Source: Eledone cirrhosa (lineage: Eukaryota). Taken from it: a stretch of DNA of 64,000 nucleotides. Where the stretch lies: positions 33,170,001-33,234,000 of the forward strand of contig OZ024747.1 in the NCBI GenBank assembly GCA_964016885.1, read 5' to 3'. Numbering within the stretch: position 1 is the stretch's first letter; every line of letters begins with the position of its first letter. Made by a program: the position numbers and the translations under genes. Shown one piece after another: positions 60,801-64,000 of this stretch. The notes beneath the pieces were generated by a model. It made no database searches and was not told the DNA's origin. It saw only the letters and a list, made by a program, of their open reading frames with translations.

Positions 60801-63800
60801 AATAACAGTAACAACGTTAACAACAATACATGTAACAACCATAACAGAAATAACATTGCAACGTTAACAACAATACATGTAACAACCATAACAGAAATAA
60901 CACTAGCAACGTTAACAACAATACATGTAACCACCATAAAAGAAATAACACTAACAACGTTAACAACAATACATGTAACAACCATAACAGAAATAACACT
61001 AACAACGTTAACAACAATACGTGTATCAACCATAACAGAAATAATACTAGCAACGTTAACAACAATACATGTAAGAACCATAACAGAAATAACACTAACA
61101 ACGTTAACAACAATACATGTAACAACCATAACAGAAATAACACTAACAACGTTAACAACAATACATGTAACAAACATAACAGAAATAACACTAACAACGT
61201 TAACAACAATACATGTAACAACCATAAAAGAAATAAAACTAACAACGATAATAACAATACGTGTAACAAACATAACAGAATTAACACTAACAACGTTAAC
61301 AACAACCATAACAGAAATAACACTAGCAACGTTAACAACAATACATGTAACAACCATAACACAAATAACACTAGCAACGTTAACAACAATACATGTAACA
61401 AACATAACAGAAATAACACTAACAACGTTAACACCAATACATGTAACAGCCATAACAGAAATAACACTAACAACGTTAACAACAATACATGTAACAACCA
61501 TAACAGAGATAACACTAACAACGTTAACAAAAATACATGTAACAACCTTAACAGAAATAACATTAACAACGTTAACAACAATACATGTAACCACCATAAA
61601 AGAAATAACACTAACAACGTTAACAACAATACATGTAACAACCATAACAGAAATAACACTAACAACGTTAACAACAATACATGTATCAACCATAACAGAA
61701 ATAACACTAGCAACGTTAACAACAATACATGTAAGAACCATAACAGAAATAACAGTAACAACGTTAACAACAATACATGTAACAACCATAACAGAAATAA
61801 CATTGCAACGTTAACAACAATACATGTAACAACCATAACAGAAATAACACTAGCAACGTTAACAACAATACATGTAACAACCATAACAGAAATAACACTA
61901 ACAACGTTAACAACAATACATGTAACAACCATAACAGAAATAACACTAACAACGTTAACAACAATACATGTAACAACCAAAACAGAAATAACACTAGTAA
62001 CGTTAGCAACAATACATGTAACAACCATAACAGAAATAACACTAACAACGTTAACAACAATACATGTAACAACCATAATGGAAATAACACTAGCAACGTT
62101 AACAACAATACATTAACAACCATAACAGAAATAACACTAACAACGTTAACAACAATACATGTAACAACCAAAACAGAAATAACACTAGTAACGCTAACAA
62201 CAATACATGTAACAACCATAAAAGAAATAACACTAACAACGTTAACAACAATACATGTAGCAACCATAACAGAAATAACACTAACAACGTTAACAACAAT
62301 ACATGTATCAACCATAAAAGAAATAACACTAGCAACGTTAACAACAATGCATGTAAGAACCATAACAGAAATAACACTAACAACGTTAACAACAATACAT
62401 GTAACAACCATAACAGAAATAACACTAACAACGTTAACAACAATATATGTAACAACCATAACAGAAATAACACTAACAACGTTAACAACAATACATCTAA
62501 CAAACATAACAGAAATAACACTAACAACGTTAACAACAATACATGTAACAACCATAACAGAAATAAAACTAACAACGATAATAACAATACGTGTAACAAA
62601 CATAACAGAATTAACACTAACAACGTTAACAACAACCATAACAGAAATAACACTAGCAACGTTAACAACAATACATGTAACAACCATAACACAAATAACA
62701 CTAGTAACGTTAGCAACAATACATGTAACAACCATAACAGAAATAACACTAACAACGTTAACAACAATACATGTAACAACCATAATGGAAATAACACTAG
62801 CAACGTTAACAACAATACATTAACAACCATAACGGAAATAACACTAACAACGTTAACAACAACCATAACAGAAATAACACTAGCAACGTTAACAACAATA
62901 CATGTAACAACCATAACATAGATAACACTAACAACGTTAACAAAAATACATGTAACAACCTTAACAGAAATAACACTAACAACGTTAACAACAATACATG
63001 TAACAACCATAACAGAAATAACACTAGTAACGTTAACAACAATACATGTAACAACCACAACAGAAATAACACTAACAACGTTAACAACAATACATGTAAC
63101 AACCATAACAGAAATAACACTAGTAACATTAACAACAATACATGTAACAACCATAACAGAAATAACACTAACAACGTTAACAACAATACATGTAACAATC
63201 ATAACAGAAATAACACTAACAACGTTAACAACAATACATGTAACAACCATAACAGAAATAACACTAACAACGTTAACAACAATACATGTAACAACCATAA
63301 CAGAAATAACACTAACAACGTTAACAACAATACATCTAACAAACATAACAGAAATAACACTAACAACGTTAACAACAATACATGTAACAACCATAAAAGA
63401 AATGACACTAGTAACGTTAGCAACAATACATGTAACAACCATAACAGAAATAAAACTAACAACGATAATAACAATACGTGTAACAAACATAACAGAATAT
63501 AACACTAACAACGTTAACAACAACCATAACAGAAATAACACTAGCAACGTTAACGACAATACATGTAACAACAATAACACAAATAACACTAGCAACGTTA
63601 ACAACAATCATGTAACAAACATAACAGAAATAACACTAACAACGTTAACAACAATACATGTAACAACCATAACAGAAATAACACTAACAACGTTAACAAC
63701 AATACATGTAACAACCATAACAGAGATAACACTAACAACGTTAACAAAAATACATGTAACAACCTTAACAGAAATAACACTAACAAGGTTAACAGCAATA

Positions 63801-64000
63801 CATGTAACCACCATAAAAGAAATAACACTAACAACGTTAACAACAATACATGTAACAACCATAACAGAAATAACACTAACAACGTTAACAACAATACATG
63901 TATCAACCATAAAAGAAATAACACTGGCAACGTTAACAACAATACATGTAAGAACCATAACAGAAATAACAGTAACAACGTTAACAACAATACATGTAAC
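9866..64000 (+). repeat. 48-bp satellite array, over 54 kb, running off the window end
   Basis: Consensus AACAACAATACATGTAACAACCATAACAGAAATAACACTAACAACGTT (26 A, 11 C, 8 T, 3 G), head-to-tail in one orientation with no insertions noticed. About 1,130 monomers by length/48, with recurrent 36-bp and 47-bp variants. Confidence 0.99.

Noticed and set aside
9662-63990. Dozens of long ORFs (VVTCIVVNVVSVISVM, LLHVLLLTLLVLFLLW, TLTTIHVTTITEI, NNNTCNNHNR), including 1813 aa at 56373-61814, resembling mucin or membrane proteins
   Set aside because: The monomer length is a multiple of 3 and stop-free in four frames. Recurrent 1-bp deletions (aatacagt, cattgca) switch frames freely, and there is no unique domain or signal peptide. 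These are repeat artefacts.
9866-64000. CRISPR-like or information-storing array
   Set aside because: There are no unique spacers, monomers differ only by point variants explained by duplication history, no cas-like genes are present, and the context is eukaryotic.
9866-64000. Telomeric repeat
   Set aside because: No TTAGGG-type motif. Only the C/A strand bias is telomere-like.

Overview
Eukaryotic (animal) repeat-rich DNA with no recognisable host gene. The SINE/LINE repertoire looks cephalopod (Octopus-like), which is an inference from recalled repeat motifs. Bases 1-9.8 kb are a patchwork of (TA)n microsatellites and the elements inserted in or near them: RTE-type LINE 3' fragments with (GAT)n tails, tRNA-derived SINEs (two with 18-bp TSDs), a decayed 5'-truncated Penelope-like element (RT C-terminus, linker, GIY-YIG endonuclease, inverted terminal repeat), and a short TA-flanked unit carrying a minimal type-I hammerhead ribozyme. 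From about 9866 to the window end (over 54 kb, about 1,130 monomers) is one head-to-tail 48-bp satellite (AACAACAATACATGTAACAACCATAACAGAAATAACACTAACAACGTT) with 36- and 47-bp variants and nested higher-order duplications from 84 bp to about 13 kb. The many long ORFs in the array are artefacts of a stop-poor 16-codon monomer. Most notable: the array's Asn-rich reading frame is in register with the unique upstream ORF (9368-9784), separated by one TGA and a degenerate (AAY)n transition. This suggests the satellite arose from an Asn-rich coding linker, possibly of a retroelement.
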